Source of the DNA: Octopus sinensis
Lineage: Eukaryota
DNA length: 23,620 nucleotides
Direction: 5' to 3'
Assembly: GCF_006345805.1 (NCBI RefSeq)
Contig: NW_021836546.1
Coordinates: 1 to 23,620 of the forward strand
Position numbers and translations under genes: made by a program. This document shows positions 22,276-23,620 of the stretch, piece by piece (the stretch's first letter is position 1; every line of letters begins with the position of its first letter). The notes under the pieces were generated by a model that saw nothing but the letters and a program-made list of their open reading frames with translations, was not told where the DNA came from and made no database searches.

Positions 22276-22960
22276 CCTTCCTTTGATAAGGGCAGGAAAT
22301 ATTGTGGAATTTGTAATTCTGAACTTTTCTATATCCTTTTCGCCAAATTCCCCTTAGTAAACACAATAATAGAAAAATCCTTTAGATGTAAGCATTGGCA
22401 AAAACACACCTTCCACTCTTATAAATGATAAATAATATAGATAACCTCTTTGGTTTTAATAATTACTCTCACGTCTACACCACTACCGTAGACAAGTTCT
22501 TCCTCTCTATTCTTTTGCATCAAACATTAATACTAAATATAGTTGGCGTATGTTTATCTCTTTCTCTTTACCTCTCCCCCACTCTCTCTCTCTTTCTATC
22601 ATGCGCACAATCAAACACACAGACACAAATTTCTCACATTAATACTAAATATATTTGACAATTGTCCCCCCCCCACACTTACATTTGCAAACACACACAC
22701 ACAGGCATAGATGCAGTTATATACACACACTCATACACACACATAAACAATCAAACTCATTAACGAAAGCATACACCCGTCAATCCTCATATATACAGCA
22801 TACATACTCTTCCCTTCCTATTTTTTTAAAATCTTCCTCCTTCCAACCAATTTTGACGTCATTGCTTTTAACGGATTATTTTAAATAAATACTCATTATC
22901 ACTGTGGAAACCATGTAGGCAGTCATTAAGAAGCTTTTGTTCGTCTTGAGGCTGATAGAG

Positions 22961-23061
22961 GTTCCTTGTATTTCCTGATGAGAAGACGGCATAATGCAAC
23001 CTTCATTCCTTCGGAATTAAGAGTATGCAGTCTTCGAAACATATGTCGAAAGTAAAGGAAT
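22961..23061 (+). ncRNA. Type I hammerhead ribozyme with intact canonical core and extended stem II
   Basis: CUGAUGA at 22975-22981; GAAGAC/GUCUUC at 22982-22987/23030-23035; GAAA at 23036-23039; ACAUAUGU stem III; GUC cut after 23047; stem I UUCCUU..UUUC/GAAA..AAGGAA. Confidence 0.88.
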
Positions 23062-23620
23062 TTTGTTAAAATCTTCGTTCGAATCCATCTTTTAATACTA
23101 TATAGATATATATATATAGATATATATATATGTATAGATATATATATATATAATATAAAGGATTAGGTGGTGGTTTCGTCCATTGTTTACAATTTTCTTT
23201 AAACAATTCTTAATGTATCATATAGATGTAATTTTTGATGCTGAATCCGAAATTGTTATTCATTTATTCTTGAAAAATTTTGCAAGAATATTACAGGTGT
23301 TTAGAGTTTGAACATTTTCAGCATTTTCAGCCAATCAGAAAACACCGCGTTCGCTGCCTCTTCCATCATTAGGGGGGAGAGGCAGCGGAATGTCAAAACA
23401 TTGCTAGAAATAACAATCAAAACAGTAGTATTTATATATAAATATGAATGTTAAGTCAAATTAATACACTTGTCAATGTTCACATACATTCATATACTTC
23501 CCTTGTACAGGCACACACATACACACATATACTCACACAGAGTTCAAATGCTGTTTAAGTTTTCTTTTCAGCGTTGTATGTTCACCATCCCACCAGTTTG
23601 CCATTACCCCTTCCTTATTC

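Overview
This is AT-rich, repeat-dominated animal genomic DNA. The SINE families and microsatellite load suggest an octopus (Octopus spp.); that assignment is an inference from recalled repeat sequences, not a database result. Nearly all ORFs in the supplied track are microsatellite artefacts, and no gene can be named. The window contains: (1) about 13 copies of a tRNA-headed SINE family, several stacked in same-orientation clusters; (2) about 6 copies of a second SINE with a CORE-like motif; (3) decayed 3' ends of CR1 and RTE LINEs; (4) an apparently complete non-autonomous Helitron; (5) two element families whose copies sit in or beside one microsatellite type, (AAT)n or (GATA)n; (6) a CpG-rich promoter-like island at about 5.7-6.9 kb with candidate first exons on both strands; (7) an isolated candidate coding exon at 18570-18638. 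Highlights are three type I hammerhead ribozyme motifs in three unrelated elements, all with a palindromic stem III typical of Penelope-associated, dimer-cleaving hammerheads. One lies inside a TSD-flanked tRNA-derived SINE and another has an intact canonical core with a long stem II. There is also evidence that one SINE inserts at a fixed site inside another SINE.
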